Source: Eledone cirrhosa (lineage: Eukaryota). Taken from it: DNA of 64,000 nucleotides. Every line of letters starts with the position of its first letter. The first letter of the stretch is position 1. The stretch is from contig OZ024742.1 of NCBI GenBank assembly GCA_964016885.1, positions 283,836,001 to 283,900,000 on the forward strand, given 5' to 3'. Both the position numbers and the translations under genes were made by a program. Below, piece after piece: positions 13,860 to 27,730 of this stretch. The notes below the pieces were generated by a model. It did no database searches. It had not been told where the DNA came from and worked only from the letters and a program-made list of their open reading frames with translations.

Positions 13860-14433
13860 ACACTCACTCACACTATTCACACACCCTACTACCAGCACTA
13901 GCCCCCACCCACATATCCACATTCGACCACCCCACCACTAATAATGCTACCCCCTCAACCCACTTTCCCCTTCACAATGCACACACACCAGCATATATAC
14001 ACTCACCCACACCTACGTACACATCGATACACAACCTACTCCACACCCACACTACCACCACTAACCCCCACCCACACACCCATATTCGACCCCGCCACCA
14101 CCACCACTAATAATACTAACACCCACCCTACAACTCATACGCACTAACACCCAAACACGCACACACACCCCAATATATTACACTCACTCATAGCACCTTC
14201 TCTCTCCCCATACTACCAACACCCCCACACACACATCCTACAAACACCTCTACTAATACACACACACACACCCCTACACACATAGTGACCCTCTCCCTCA
14301 ACTTTTCCTACTGTCCCACCTGCACTCCTGTCCACCGTACCTCTGCACACACATACACACATTCTACACACGCATACAGGCCACACCTGCCAACTACCAC
14401 TGCCCAATTGTTCTTACCCTCTTGAATGCTATC

Positions 14434-14512
<79 letters not shown>

Positions 14513-15282
14513 CCTTCGCTCTGCCTTCTCCTGCCCCTGCCTTGACCTTCTTGACCACTTCCTGTTGCGCGCGTCACACAACTTTCTACTTCCTCCTCAC
14601 CAATTCCACGGATCCTACACCGCTGGTCACACTCTCTGGATATCCACCTTTTAACACCCGAATTTTCACCATCTGTCCACACATTCACCGGATAAATATT
14701 CAGGAACACACACGCACAAACACTTACACCATTTTCGCACACACGCAACCATACATTCCCACTTATCCACACCACACAAAACACACACACACACACGTGC
14801 GTATCCTCACATACACTTACTCTGCCTCCAGACTCTGCACGCTCCCTCTCCCCCACCCCTTCCGACCCCTCTCCATCCACACACACACACACACAGACTT
14901 ACACCCCACCCCATGTACACACTGGTTTTTCTAATACACGAGCATGGAACTCCGTTCTCCCCCAAACTCTCATCCACGCATATACACACACGTACACCTA
15001 CACACATGCACACACACCACCTTCCACCCTCCCCTCTTGGACCCCCAATTTCCTTCTCCCCTCTCCATCCCCCTCCATCCACCCATCACCACCTCTACAC
15101 GCCTCACACCCTTTCACCACTTGTTTTCATTTTAATTTTTTATCCTTCTTTTTAATTTTCCCCTTCATTTTAATTTTTTTCCTTTATTTTAATGCCCCCC
15201 CCCTCACACCCTCTCAGAACTCTTTTCCTTCCCACCTGTCTCCTGATGAAGGGCTTATGCCCAAAACGTCGTCCCCCACCCC
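13860..15282 (+). mobile_element. Second copy of the C/A-rich PLE 3' UTR with decayed hammerhead
   Basis: Colinear with 11300-12450; CTGATGA-agggcttatgccc-AAAAcgTC at 15243-15270. Confidence 0.7.
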
Positions 15283-17190
15283 CATTTTAAGTTCCATATC
15301 AGGTTGGAAAGAGAAGTTGAAGATTTTTTATCAAATCTTCGGAAAGAGCATTTGTGATTATTCCAGCGACTTTTAAATTCTGTAGAAGTTGCACCTACAT
15401 AGTTAAATATATTATCACTGGTTTTGACTGTACATTTATAGACCACGTCCTTATCTAAACACTTATTTTGTAAAGGACAGTTTGATTTAATTCTACAGTT
15501 TCATTTTGCGGAGTTGTTGTTATTCAAAACGGTACTATTTGTTGGATATTGCTAGAGATATTACTGCTATTTTGGTTATTTTGGTTAGGGTTTAAATTTC
15601 TATTATTAATTCTATTTATATTTTGTGCTATGTTCATAGTAGTAGAGTAGGATAGTTTTATAATATGTCCGTTAAAGATTGAGTGGTATCTGTAGGCTTT
15701 AGGAAAACATTTATCTAGTGCTTTAAAGAATAGCTTCGCTAAAGGTGTTTTTACGCTTAATGAGAATGGAATAATCACAAATGGAATAATCACAAATGCT
15801 CTTTCCAAAGATTTGATAAAAAATCTTCAACTTCTCTTTCAAACCTGATATGGAACCTAAAATGCAAGAATATGGACTATTCATTAACTTGGGAAATAGT
15901 TTCGAAACACCCGCGTACTGAAACACAGCTTTATCTAGATTCTGTAAATTGTGTGTTGAGGAAATTTTTTTCATACTTAAATTTAAGAACTCTAGTAATC
16001 TAAGAACGAATTTATTTAATTCTTGTCGACATCGCCTGAATTCAACATTCAGAACTATATATAAATTATAATTATACTTATAATATTTCTACTTATTTCC
16101 ATAACAATCTTATCCACTTGGTTTTAATATATTGATATCTCTAAATCATAATATCTATAACATTTGCTATAATTCCACTTCTTAAAGTTTCATAAAATAT
16201 ATACATATATAATTCTAATTTTTTTTTAAATTTAAATTTTTAATTTTAATTGTAATTTTAATCTTAATAATTTTTAATTCTTTATTTTTATTTCTTTAAT
16301 TTTTATTTCTTTTAAAAATTACTTATCTCTTATAAATTATTTAAAAAAAAAATTTTTTCTCACATTTTTTATATTTTTTCAATATTTTTTATTAGATTTA
16401 TAACCACTAACTAATTCTGGCTAAATATATCTTTCAACATTTATACTTATTTTGACTAAATAGTCTCATACTAACGAATAAATAAACTAAACTGGAGTTT
16501 TTCCGTATCTTCCCATTTTAAAATATAAAAGTATAAATATTCTTATTAACTCAGTTAATTTAATTTAATTTAATTTAACTTAATATTTACTTACATTAAA
16601 TACAAAACCAATATCCCTCATAACTCATTAAAACAATTATCTATAACATGATATACTCATCTATTTATCTATTTATCTATTTATTTATTTATTTATTTAT
16701 TTATCTACTTATAACAGAAAATATTATATTATAAACGAATTTTAAACAACTAATAATCGTAAATACACGTACTATTAAGATATATACTTATAATATATTT
16801 CCCCCAAATTAACGTTATATGAGTTTTATTCACCCTCTCTTGTTTATTTCTTCTCTCTCTCTCTCTCTCGTACTATTTTTTATCTTTCTCCCCTTATATC
16901 TTCTCTCTCTCTTTCTCCAGTGTCGTTTAAATAAACGGTTGTTTTTCAATTATTTACATATTCATTTGCATATTCACACATAAGTTTGAATAATCCCTAA
17001 TATATTTCCAGTATCCAGTGAATTTCCAACCGATAAGGTATGATTTTCATGGGTATGTCTCTATTTATAAAACAAACTTTGTATTTTATCTGATGAAAGC
17101 GTACCAATGTTGTCTTGGTACCCTTGACATATATATCATAAAATAAATATGGTTTTATAAATATAGTTTCCATTTAGTTAATATCATTGA
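15283..17190 (+). mobile_element. Penelope-like element with inverted 5' segment (15283-~15765 minus; ~15766-17190 plus)
   Basis: Minus-strand linker/GIY-YIG (YVGATSTEFKSRWNNH) overlaps ~85 bp of the plus-strand continuation; hammerhead at 17083-17144 with GAAA changed to GACA. Confidence 0.8.
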
Positions 17191-17302
17191 TAATTTATTC
17201 CAGTAATTTGTTGAGTGCTCTAAATCAGTTATAAACATTTATATTTGTCGGACTTCCAACAAATTAAATACCCGTTCTACTTATATATATATATATATAT
17301 AT

Positions 17303-17387
17303 TCACAATCGTGAGGTTGTGATTTCGATTCCCAGTCCGGGCGATGCGTTATGTCCTTGAGCAAGACACTTTATTTCACGTTGCTCC
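17303..17387 (+). mobile_element. SINE fragment (second family)
   Basis: gatttcgattcc B-box-like motif followed by gtccttgagcaagacactttatttcacgttgctcc. Confidence 0.55.
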
Positions 17388-17450
17388 TTCTGCCTGGACT
17401 TGCAACAGATAGTATGAGGCCTGGGATCTTATCGATAGACTCTTGATATA

Positions 17451-17504
<54 letters not shown>

Positions 17505-18214
17505 CATATATGTACATATGTATGTATGTAATTTTCTTATGTTTATATATCAAATCAACAGTTTGAGTTAAAAACTCACAATAATCCCCTACGATCAAAT
17601 AAGCTCAAGGAACAGACTCCAATCTCTTTATAAATCTAAACTATAATAAAGTAAGGAGCGCGGGACTGCATCCAGAATATAATTTTTTATCCCGTTTGTA
17701 AAATAAGTTGGATTACTTTGAATAAATAATGAATGAATATTACATAATTTATCTACTAAATTTCTTAACACATGATTAAACATATATTAAAAATATTATT
17801 GCATAGTTCAAGATTCACTTTTTTTAAAAGATTCAAATTTCAATACTTCCAGTATATCTATACTATATATAGAGAGAGAGAGAGTGAAAGAGAAAGATGA
17901 AGCGATTTGGATGCTTTTCAACACGCTGATGTGTGTGTGTTGTTGTTCATTGATTTTATAAAATTGCTAGTGCGAGAAATAGAGATTGTATATGTGAGTA
18001 TATATAGAGAGGAGTGACTATGACAGATATATATATATATTGTTTTCATACGCGTTTTGCTGCTACCACTGTTGTTATGACTACCTCATACTACGCTCCC
18101 TATATATATCTGGTGTTTGTTTGGAATAGCAGACGATTATAAAGTTTATAATATTCCGTCTCTCATTTATTTCAAACATACATTTATTTCAAAGATTTCT
18201 TTTCTCCGTGTCAG

Positions 18215-18258
<44 letters not shown>

Positions 18259-18297
18259 ATGTGAATATTGCCCTACATATATATATATATATATATA

Positions 18298-18415
18298 TTG
18301 GGATTTAGATGAGAAATGTTTTCTGTATCCCATATTCACTTTCTGTCATGTATGTATAAATATATGTTATCTCCACGGCGAAATCTTAGAAATAAATATA
18401 TGTTAAAACAAAAAA

Positions 18416-18497
<82 letters not shown>

Positions 18498-18613
18498 TTT
18501 TGTTTTAACATATATTTATTTCTAAGATTTCACCGTAGAGATAACATATATTTATACATACATGACAGAAAGTGAATATGGAATACAGAAAACATTTATC
18601 ATCTAAATCCCAA
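18298..18613. repeat. Near-perfect palindrome centred on (TA)n
   Basis: ttgggatttagatgagaaatg... / ...catttatcatctaaatcccaa, ~115-bp arms. Confidence 0.9.
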
Positions 18614-18629
18614 CACATGGCAGCAGACG

Positions 18630-21600
18630 CAGAACGACAAAGGGAGATGAGGGCAAATCAATCAAACAATAATCGCTCTGCAACAAATTTCTACAAATGT
18701 AATTCAGTTAACACACCAACAACAACTTGCAACAAATACACCACACGTTCAGAAAGGAAGGAACAGTTCAATTGAAGGTCTGGCAAAGAATCCTACAGAT
18801 GAACCTTTCTAAGATCAAACTGTTCTTTCCATAATGCCACAACATAATGCATGGAGTCTCTTTGCCTCTGTTTGTCCGCACTGCAAAGCTTATCACTGGC
18901 CACATGAACCTAAATCTCTGTGCTGCTTCCAGGGAAAAGTGAAACTACCTCAATTTCTTCCTCCTCCACCAAATATACTGAAATATTTCGATATCACTCA
19001 AGCAGGAAATTCTTTTCTCCATAAGATACGTGCATATAACAATATGCTTGCCTTAGCTTCAATTGGTTGCAAAGAGATTAAGGCACCAGGATTTAGCCCC
19101 ACATTTAAGATCCAAGGTAAGATTTGTCATATTATTAGATCACTACTTCCAAGTGATGCTTCACCCAAATTTGCTCAGCTTTACTTCTATGATACATATC
19201 ATGAGCTTCAGAATCGCTTGCATCATGCTAATATAGATGCTGCTGTCCTGTAGGAACTACAAGAAGACTTGCACTACTGTAACACCTATATAAGAAGCTT
19301 CAAGGCAGTCATTGAAATGTTAGTCTCTGAAAATGTGAATATTGTCCTACATGCTGACAAAGTAAAACCCACTGATTTTCATTGTTGCACATATAATCTT
19401 CCCATGGCATCTGAGATTGCTGTTATTCAACCTGATACAGCATTAGGTCTTTTGGATGTCATCATTCATAAAAGAGATGGTGGTCTTCAGAGGATTCATC
19501 AGTTGCACCGTTCTTATAATCCTCTGCATTATGTGCTACTGTTTCATTGGGGGAATGATGGGTTTCAGGTTGGTTTGAAAAGGATTGACAATAACCACAC
19601 ACTCACACCCACTGATTTCTACTGTTATCGGTTTCAGGTGAAGCAAGGTGACTGTAACATTATCATGAAGAGCAGGTGACTGATGCCCAGGCAAAAATAG
19701 AACATTGTCGCCTCAAACGGGCCCGCAACAATCAAACCATGATACGAGCTGAAAAGTATGAGGGTTTGTATGATGCTGTGGCTGAAGGTGATTCAGTAAA
19801 TGCAGGCTGGAGAATTGTTCTTCCTCCACCAATCTATGGTTCACCTCGCTGCTACAGTGAGTGCTTTTAGAATTTGATGACACGGGAAAGCCATCTTATT
19901 TCATCACGGTAACAACTAACCCTAACTGGGATGAAATAAAAAATAGTTTACACCCTGGTGAAGAACCTAGAGACCGTCCTGATATTTGTGCAAGAGTCTT
20001 CAAGATCAAGTATGACAGCCTCATGGATGACATACTGAAAAAAAAATGTCCTAGGAAAAGTTGTGGCTCATTCTGCTACAATAGAGTGGCAGAAACGAGG
20101 CCTCACTCATGCTAATATTCTGCTGATAATGGCTGAAGATAGCAAGCCCAAAACTGCTGATGCCATTGATCAGGTAGTGTACTGTGAGATTCCTGATAAA
20201 GAGACCAATCCAATTCTGTATAAGTTCATCACATCCTGCAACATTCATGGCCCATGTGGACAAGCTAATATGATGTGCTCATGTATGGGAGAGCTAGGAG
20301 AACAACGCCATTGCTCAAAAAGTTATCCCAAGGCATTCAGACAAACCACATTTGTTGCTGAAAATTCCTTTCCGGGGTATAGAAGAAGGGATAGACAGCA
20401 TGGTGGTCACACCCATACAATCCAACTTAATGGTCAAGAATTTACTGTTGATAATCGTTGGATTGTTCCATACAACCCTTTCCTCTCATTGAGATATCAG
20501 TGCCGCATCAATTGTGAGGTTGTCTACTACAGTGTCAAGGCTGTTAAGTACTTATATTAATACATCACAAAAAGATCACTTTCACTATTAAGGATGATCA
20601 AGGAAATTGTGTCTATGCCCAAAATGAGATTGAGACCTATATCAATGCACGGTACATCTCAGCCAGTGAAGCATTCTGGAGAATCTATAAATTTCCATTA
20701 CATCATCGAAAACCGCCAGTTGAAAAGTTGCCTTGCCATTTACCTGGGGAACAAATGGTCGTGTATGAGAGAGGGCAGGAGAAAGTATTGTTTCTAGGGG
20801 ACAGCCAATGTCTAAGTTGACGGAATATTTTCAACTGAATATTAGAGACCCACTGGCATAAAACATATTGTATATTGACATTCCTAAATATTTACCTTGG
20901 ACAAACAAAAAGTAGCGAAGAAGAAAAAAGGGACATCTGGATGGTGATCAACAATTTATGAGTGAATCTCTTGGACGCATTCCAACAGTATCTCTCAGTA
21001 GACATCAATCTGAATTATAATACCTCAGGAGGATCCTACATCACACGGCTAGGTCAACTTCATACAAAGACTTGAGGACAATTGAAGGAGTTGAATTTCC
21101 AACATTCCAAGAAGCATGCAGGAAACTTGGTCTGTTAGATGAAGATGAAGAAAAAGACAAAGCTATGGAAGAGGCCTCATCCATTACGCTTGGTCCTCAG
21201 CTGCGAGAGATCTTCTGCACAATTTTATTGTACTGCATGCCAAATGACCCTCTGCAGTTCTGGGAGAAATGGAAGAATTGTCTTGCAGAGGATATCATGC
21301 ATGAACGTCATGAGCAAGTCATGTCCATGCAAACCGTGCAGATTGTTCTACAGAAGATCCAACAAAGACTTCAACATGATGGCTTGGACATTCATGCCAA
21401 CTATGGACTTCCTCGGCCAGACCCAACTATTGTTGCCATACAAGAAATCAACAGGGTTCTTATGGCAGAAACTGATTTCAATACACACCAACTGCAAGCA
21501 AACATAAATGAACTTCTGCCAACATTGAATCCCGAGCAACTGGTTATTTTTCACAAAATAATCACCTCTTGTAAATAAAAATGAAGGCAGAATTTTCTGC

Positions 21601-22225
21601 TTGAATGCAAGTGCAGGTACAGGAAAGACCTATGTCATAAACATCCTATTGGATTACCTCTGATCTAAAAAAAAAATTTCACTTGCCACTGTCATATCTG
21701 GAATAGCAGCCACTTTGCTTGAAAAAGGTAGAACTCTTCATTCCAAGTGAAAGATTCCTCTCAATGTGACTGCTGAATCAACTTGCTTCTTCACAAAGAG
21801 GGATGACACAGGTAAACTTATGCAGCAAGCTGACCTGCTAATCATTGATGAAATAGGTATGGGACATAAGCATATCTTTAAATGCCTTGACAGGAGCTTC
21901 AAAGATGTTCGAGATTGCAAAAAAGCCATTTGGTGGTCTAACAGTATTACTATCTGGTGACTGGAAGCAAATTCTTCCAGTTGTACGTCATGGTGCTAGA
22001 CCACAAATAGTTGAGGCAACCATAAAGAGATCCTATCACTGGGACTATGTGGAAACCATGGAGATGACAACCAATCAACGGTTAATTAATGCAGAGGATT
22101 CTGATGAAAGACAGTTTGCAAACTACCTTCTTGATGTGGGAAATGGTAACATTCCAACTGTTCCAACTGTAGGTGCATTCACAATTCTTCTTCCAAATGA
22201 ACTTTGTCTGGAATATGCTAATGTG
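18630..22225 (+). mobile_element. Decayed Helitron Rep/PIF1-helicase coding region, 3'-truncated
   Basis: CPHCKA..CCFQGKVKLP, RAYNNMLALAS, FAQLYFYD, FITVTTNPNWDEI, EWQKRGLTHAN (HUH), HGPCG, VDNRWIVPYNP, AGTGKT, IIDE, PFGG..GDWKQILPV; many stops and frameshifts. Confidence 0.92.
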
Positions 22226-22800
22226 TTTGGACTGTCACAAACTATCATCAAACAACAATAGAATGGTTATTGAGCAGTATCGAATTGCTCTAGGTTGGAC
22301 AGCTTTCAATAAGAACAAGGAAGTACTAACATCAAAACGAGTTTCCTATCATTTAAAGGCTAACTCTGATACTTACATCCTACTAGTTGTGTTATATGGT
22401 CTTGACTGTGTTAATTGGACGACAAGGTCACTTCAGAAGCTCTCTACATTCCAGAACCACATCATGAGACTTGTGACTGGCAAGCGGCTCAGCGACCGCA
22501 TCTGTATCAGTGAGCTGCTCAACATTACCAAACTTAGACCAATTACATCAATTGTCAAGTCAAGAGTACTCAAACTATACGATCATATAAAAAGATCAAC
22601 TCGTGGTGTGAGTAGGTTATGCCTGGAAGGAAGGTTGACTGGTAAGAGAAGCAGAGGCCGGCAGCCAAAACGATGGCTTGACAATGTCAACTTATGGACT
22701 GGACTTGATCTTTCCTCTTTGAACTCTGCTGCTGGTGATCGAACTTTGTGGAGAGAGGTATCACATGTTAATGCAGTCTGCAACTGGTGGAGTTTAGCGT
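22226..22800 (+). mobile_element. RTE-like LINE 3' fragment
   Basis: LYGLDC..W...LSTFQNHIMR...GKRSRGRQPKRWLDNV...AAGDRTLWR, typical of the RTE RT C-terminus. Confidence 0.75.
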
Positions 22801-22892
22801 CACAAGATATAAAATAGAATGTGAAGAATTTAACAGACGTATTTTATTATGTGTCTTTCTCTCAACACACACACACATATATATATATATAC

Positions 22893-23183
22893 TAATAAGA
22901 GGAATTCCAACTTTGTCTGATTTACTCGTTTTATTTACAATCCTTTAAAATATATAATGGTATTATAATGAAATAGTATGATAGAATATTAAATTCTAAG
23001 TGTTAATTGAACAAGTACTTTCATGCTTTCGCAATCTTCAGGTTCATAATATGTGGTGACAGTCGAGTTTGCAATTTTCAACTTTAATATTCTATCATAC
23101 TATTTCATTATAATACCATTATATATTTTAAAGGATTGTAAATAAAACGAGTAAATCAGACAAAATTGGAATTCCTCTTATTA
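22893..23183 (-). mobile_element. Fold-back element (~100-bp arms) with a hammerhead in the loop
   Basis: Arms ~22893-22993 / ~23083-23183 are near-perfect reverse complements. Confidence 0.8.
23008..23046 (-). ncRNA. Minimal type I hammerhead ribozyme
   Basis: tgaac-CTGAAGA-tTGC gaaa GCAt-GAAA-gtac-TT-gttca. Confidence 0.8.
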
Positions 23184-23234
23184 ATATAATCTTCTATACA
23201 CAATCATACACACCCGTGTATATCTACCTACCTA

Positions 23235-23472
<238 letters not shown>

Positions 23473-23508
23473 ACATATGTATGAATATCATTTTTTATCT
23501 TTATCCAG

Positions 23509-23715
23509 GTGAAATGCTATAATGATATTAAGACAATGGATCCAAAGTTCCACCTGAACTATACAAGCAATACATTGGCCTTCACTGTTATTGCAGCACC
23601 AGATATGTTCGAGAAATCATTGAAACCTTATATCTGCAAATCAAAAATTGCTGATGTCCTCAAGAAAGATCCAACTGGACAATGTAATTACTACTACTTG
23701 AAGAGATTTTTCGAT
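23509..23715 (+). CDS. MMACHC: MMACHC/CblC-like protein, internal exon (equivalent to human exon 2)
   Basis: ttatccag| ... |gtaagt, 207 nt, phase 0; VKCYN...FHL...TLAFTVIAAPDMFEKSLKPYI...DPTGQC aligns with human VAWYN...FHL...[21 protein letters not shown]...DPVDQC. Confidence 0.9.
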
Positions 23716-24121
23716 GTAAGTTTTTAAATATTTCTGATATTAAGAGCTCGGTTCTCCAGTTTAGTTTAATTCATGGGTTTTAGATTTTCAGTTGGAACCA
23801 ATTTACTTCATATGTTAACATCATGTAATGATTTAGCATAAAATAATCTAATAACTGGTTTGTTAAATCAAATGTTATAGTATATTTACTAGTGGGAAGA
23901 TCATTGTGAAAATTGGTAACATTAGAGTAAACACTAAACTTTTAATGTTTCTATCACTTTTTCTTACTGATTCTTAACATCCTGTAATGATTTAACATAA
24001 ACTATTTAAAAATGGGTTTGTTAATTCATATGTCTGTAGTATCTTTACTAGCGGATATATCCTTGTGAACAATTTCCATATTAGAGTGAAGATTAAAATG
24101 TTTAATGTAATGCTGTTTTTA

Positions 24122-25096
24122 TACTCTTCAAGGCGCTTTTGTTGTTTGGATGAAAGCATCCATGTTACACTTCCATATAGCAACATTGGTTGAATTGTTA
24201 CTTGGAAGAGTGATTTTGGTGTGGTTGGAAAGATTTGAGTGCCAAACTCGATCCATCTTGTTGTAAGCTGACCATGCTTGAGCCTTTCTGGTGGCAAAAT
24301 CCTTCCCAGATTTCATGATCCAAGACCCAGTATACTTAAAATCCTCACCTTGCTTGATATCACTGCCATTGATTGCTTTGATGTTTTTGCCTGTACAATT
24401 TGATATGTACTCTGTTTTACCCTTATTGAGATGAAGGCCAACGAGGGCGGCTGCTTCCTGGAGAGATGTCAAAAGTTGTTGTACATTTTCTAGGCAATCT
24501 GCAAGAAGTGCAATGTCATTCACAAAGTGAAGGTCAGTGAGATGTTTAGAGGGGTGCCTAGAGCTCATGTGGAGTTTGATGGTTATACTTTTGTTATGGA
24601 TTTTGTCAATTGAGAGTCTCAGGGCGTAGTCTAGTGCTATGATAAAGATGAATGGGGCAAGAGTGTCACCCTGCAGCACTCCTGCTGAGATGTCAAAGAA
24701 CTCTGTTGGACCAACAGGGGTGATAATAGTGGCACTTGATGGCACTTACATTTGCCTACTTCGACGCATTCAGAACATAAGCTGGCGACATCTGAAAGAA
24801 ATATATGCCGGCCTCCCACACATATCTGTCGTTGTACATAAAAGGAGAGTAAGATTTGTTGGCCATTGCCATCGTGCCGCCTATGAGGCCGTGTCCCCAT
24901 TAGTGTTTTGGAAACCGCAAGCAGTCACTAATAACAGGGGGCGCAAGCTCTCCTGTCCCGATGTCATCTCCAGAGATTCTGGTATTGAAATCCAGGATTT
25001 GGCAACAGCAATGAACGACAGACCTACGTGGAGATCAATTGTTGAGTCCATTTCGGCTGAGGCCACCGGATGATGATGATGATGGTACTCTTCAAG
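24122..25096. mobile_element. RTE-clade LINE insertion with 5' inversion and 11-bp target-site duplication
   Basis: TSD tactcttcaag at 24122 and 25086; minus segment GVLQGDTLAPFIF..FVND; plus segment from 24735 LDGTY...; (GAT)n tail. Confidence 0.88.
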
Positions 25097-25150
25097 AATG
25101 TATTGCTAATGTAGTTTCATGTGGTACAGGATGTTAAGAGTTAAGAAAGG

Positions 25151-25661
25151 TACATGCTTCTTTCTCACTTAACAACTAGGTTCCTTTCTACTGACCTGGT
25201 CATGAAGAGAATTGTTCGGTAAACGAATGCCTCACTTAAATACAAATTTCTGTTTCAATGATCCGATCATAAAATATCTTTCGTTATTGTTTAACCCTTT
25301 AGCAGTTACATTACTCTATATATAATATTATATTTTCACGCTAAAGTCTTTACCTCACATAATTATCTCACATAATATCGAATCTATGAGATTTTGATAT
25401 TATTTATTTTGAGAACAATACCTTAACATCAATATGAGTGGCTGGTTACAGCTGGTTTGAACAGAAAGAGGTGAGAGAATTCTGGCCAGCTATGGCCGGT
25501 TTAAATGCTAAAGGGTTAACTGTCCTCTGATGGTGGATAGAGTTGATGAGAGTATGAAAAGTTACAAAAAAGAAATTTAAAAAGTATATACCATAAAAAT
25601 GTTACGGCCGTAAGCATGATTGGTCGTTAAACGAATTGATCGTTAAGTGAGAGTGACTGTA
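25151..25661. mobile_element. Possible Tc1/pogo-type MITE hosting the nested piggyBac MITE
   Basis: Imperfect ends taca..tctcacttaac / gttaagtgagagtgactgta. Confidence 0.35.
25295..25515. mobile_element. piggyBac-type MITE
   Basis: TTAA|ccctttagca ... tgctaaaggg|TTAA. Confidence 0.75.
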
Positions 25662-25954
25662 TATGATATTCAACATATCGTTCACTAAACCTGCTAAATA
25701 CAGTAGCCAAGTCTTCCTCAAATTGTGCACTACAGTCATAAAAGGAGGCTCATGAGATAATGTAGGCCTGAATCAACAGGATAGACAAGACTTGGAACGC
25801 CTTGGACCATAGATATATTATAACAGAGCCGACCAGGATCCACATAACAGCAACAACTACAAATTTGTAAAAGGCAGTCAAATGAGGGAGCCTCTACATG
25901 GTCATTCAACCTGACAGAAATAGCAGTTAAGTCACTGTCAAGTAGTACTTATTG

Positions 25955-26150
25955 TGGATTGGCAGAATCATTTAGGTATTGAAGAAAATGCTTTGCAGTA
26001 TTTGTTTCAGCTTTTTACGTTCTAATTCCGTCAGGTCAACTTTGTCTTTTATCCTTCCGGAGACGATAAAATAAAGTACTAGTCAAATACTAGGGTCGAT
26101 TTAATCGATTTTCACGTCACCTCAAATTGCTGGTCTTGTACCTAAATTAA
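25955..26150 (+). mobile_element. SINE (same family as 10061), diverged
   Basis: ggattggcagaatc...caactttgtctttatccttccggagacgataaaataaagtact. Confidence 0.7.
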
Positions 26151-26208
26151 AGCAAGAAGTAAACTGGATTTGACAGTTCGTTAAGATACAGATGTATATT
26201 ACAACGTA

Positions 26209-26760
26209 GGCTGTGACTCCAATGGAAATTATACAAGTGGCAATTGAATAAATATGTTATACAGATTATAGTTACAATGGTGGCTGTGGCACCAATTTAA
26301 ATTACACACTTCTGTGTTACATAAGTATATGTTACAATTATCAGTTACAACCTAGCTGTTACACTAAGGTAAATTACATAATTGTCTATTACATGAATAT
26401 GTTACATATATGTTACAGCAATAACCGTTACACCAATGTGAATTACACAATCGTTGGTTACTTAAACATACGTTAAGTCTTCTCTTAGAATGGTTTCTGT
26501 GACATCAATGTAAAGTATACAATTGTTTCTTACCTGTTACCAATACCTGTTACATAATTGTACGTTCCACAAGTATATTCTACATAGATACCTGTTATAT
26601 TGATGGCTGTGACACCAATATACTAAGTTGTCTATGTCATGACTATATGTTACATCGATGTCTGTCACACTGTTGGCTGTTACAGGTAGCTTTTTTATAC
26701 TAACCTATGTCATAGCATCGTATGTCACAATCATGTATCTCACAAAGGTAGGTTACTCTA
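26209..26760. repeat. Degenerate ~70-bp minisatellite (gctgtgacaccaat...ttaca units)
   Basis: Motif recurs near 26209, 26282, 26354, 26424, 26495 and 26605. Confidence 0.6.
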
Positions 26761-26839
26761 TATTACTTTCACTTTCATAAATCTCTCTTCACATCATCGT
26801 GGATTTGAACTCTTTATTGCTTAAATTCCTTCAATACAG

Positions 26840-26989
26840 AAATACCCTGATACTGATTTCCTGTCAAGTTACGTCATGTTGGGCCCCGGACATCCTGAGA
26901 TTTTGTCACAAACAGCGGCACATATTTCAGGTGCCGCATATTACTACCAGCGCCAAGACGTTCCCAAAGACACCTGGCCGGCAAATAAG
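26840..26989 (+). CDS. MMACHC: MMACHC/CblC-like protein, internal exon (equivalent to human exon 3)
   Basis: caatacag| ... |gttagt, 150 nt; [50 protein letters not shown] vs human [27 protein letters not shown]; this frame is absent from the ORF track. Confidence 0.93.
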
Positions 26990-27687
26990 GTTAGTAACAT
27001 TAATTTATATATACGAAACACAATCTCTTTTTGTCTATAGTGTGTGTCCTGCAGGGGACAAATATTGTTGGATTGAATTTAATAAACTTCAAAATCAAAT
27101 ATGTCAGTGCGAATTCTTATCATTCATAGATTAAAAATCTAGTTTTTCCTTCATCCACCGAGTTCATTATTCAACAAGAAATGGTGGATATTAAATAATC
27201 TCCACAACAATATCAAACCACTTAACACACATACAGAGTTCTTCTTGCGATGTTCTCTAGTTTCTAAATATCTTTTCAAGAACTGGCCTCTTTAATATTG
27301 ATTTACATCTTTCTTAATCTATTGATTTTTTCTAGGCTCCTCATAATTATTAGCTAATTTAGCGTTTATTCGCGTTATTTCGGTCAAATTATCTCTCCCA
27401 GACCACCCAAATTATCTGCCTTTGAGTTGGAGCACTTCTCTCTTTATTGTGTAATTTCGTTCTTTTTCACAGGTTGAACAAGTTGGTCCTCAGAGCTAAC
27501 GAATCGTACGTACCTGCTATGGCACCGTTATAGTAACTGGCCTTAATAATTATATATATATATATGACAAACATAGAATATTCGAAAATATTCTGTATGT
27601 TTATAATAAACATTTCGAAGACCCAATCGCTATAGAATAGAATACGTCACGTATTACAATTTGAGATTCTCGATAAAAGCAAGGGAA

Positions 27688-27730
27688 GTAACCTACGCGT
27701 TTCATTCTTATTAGAAATCATCAGGATTAC
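27688..27730 (-). ncRNA. Type I hammerhead ribozyme (identical copies at 28000-28042 and 28312-28354)
   Basis: gtaatc-CTGATGA-tTTCT aata AGAAt-GAAA-cgcg-TA-ggttac. Confidence 0.88.

Noticed and set aside
22173-22817. 214-aa ORF apparently fusing Helitron helicase and RT sequence
   Set aside because: Chance read-through across an insertion junction between two decayed elements.
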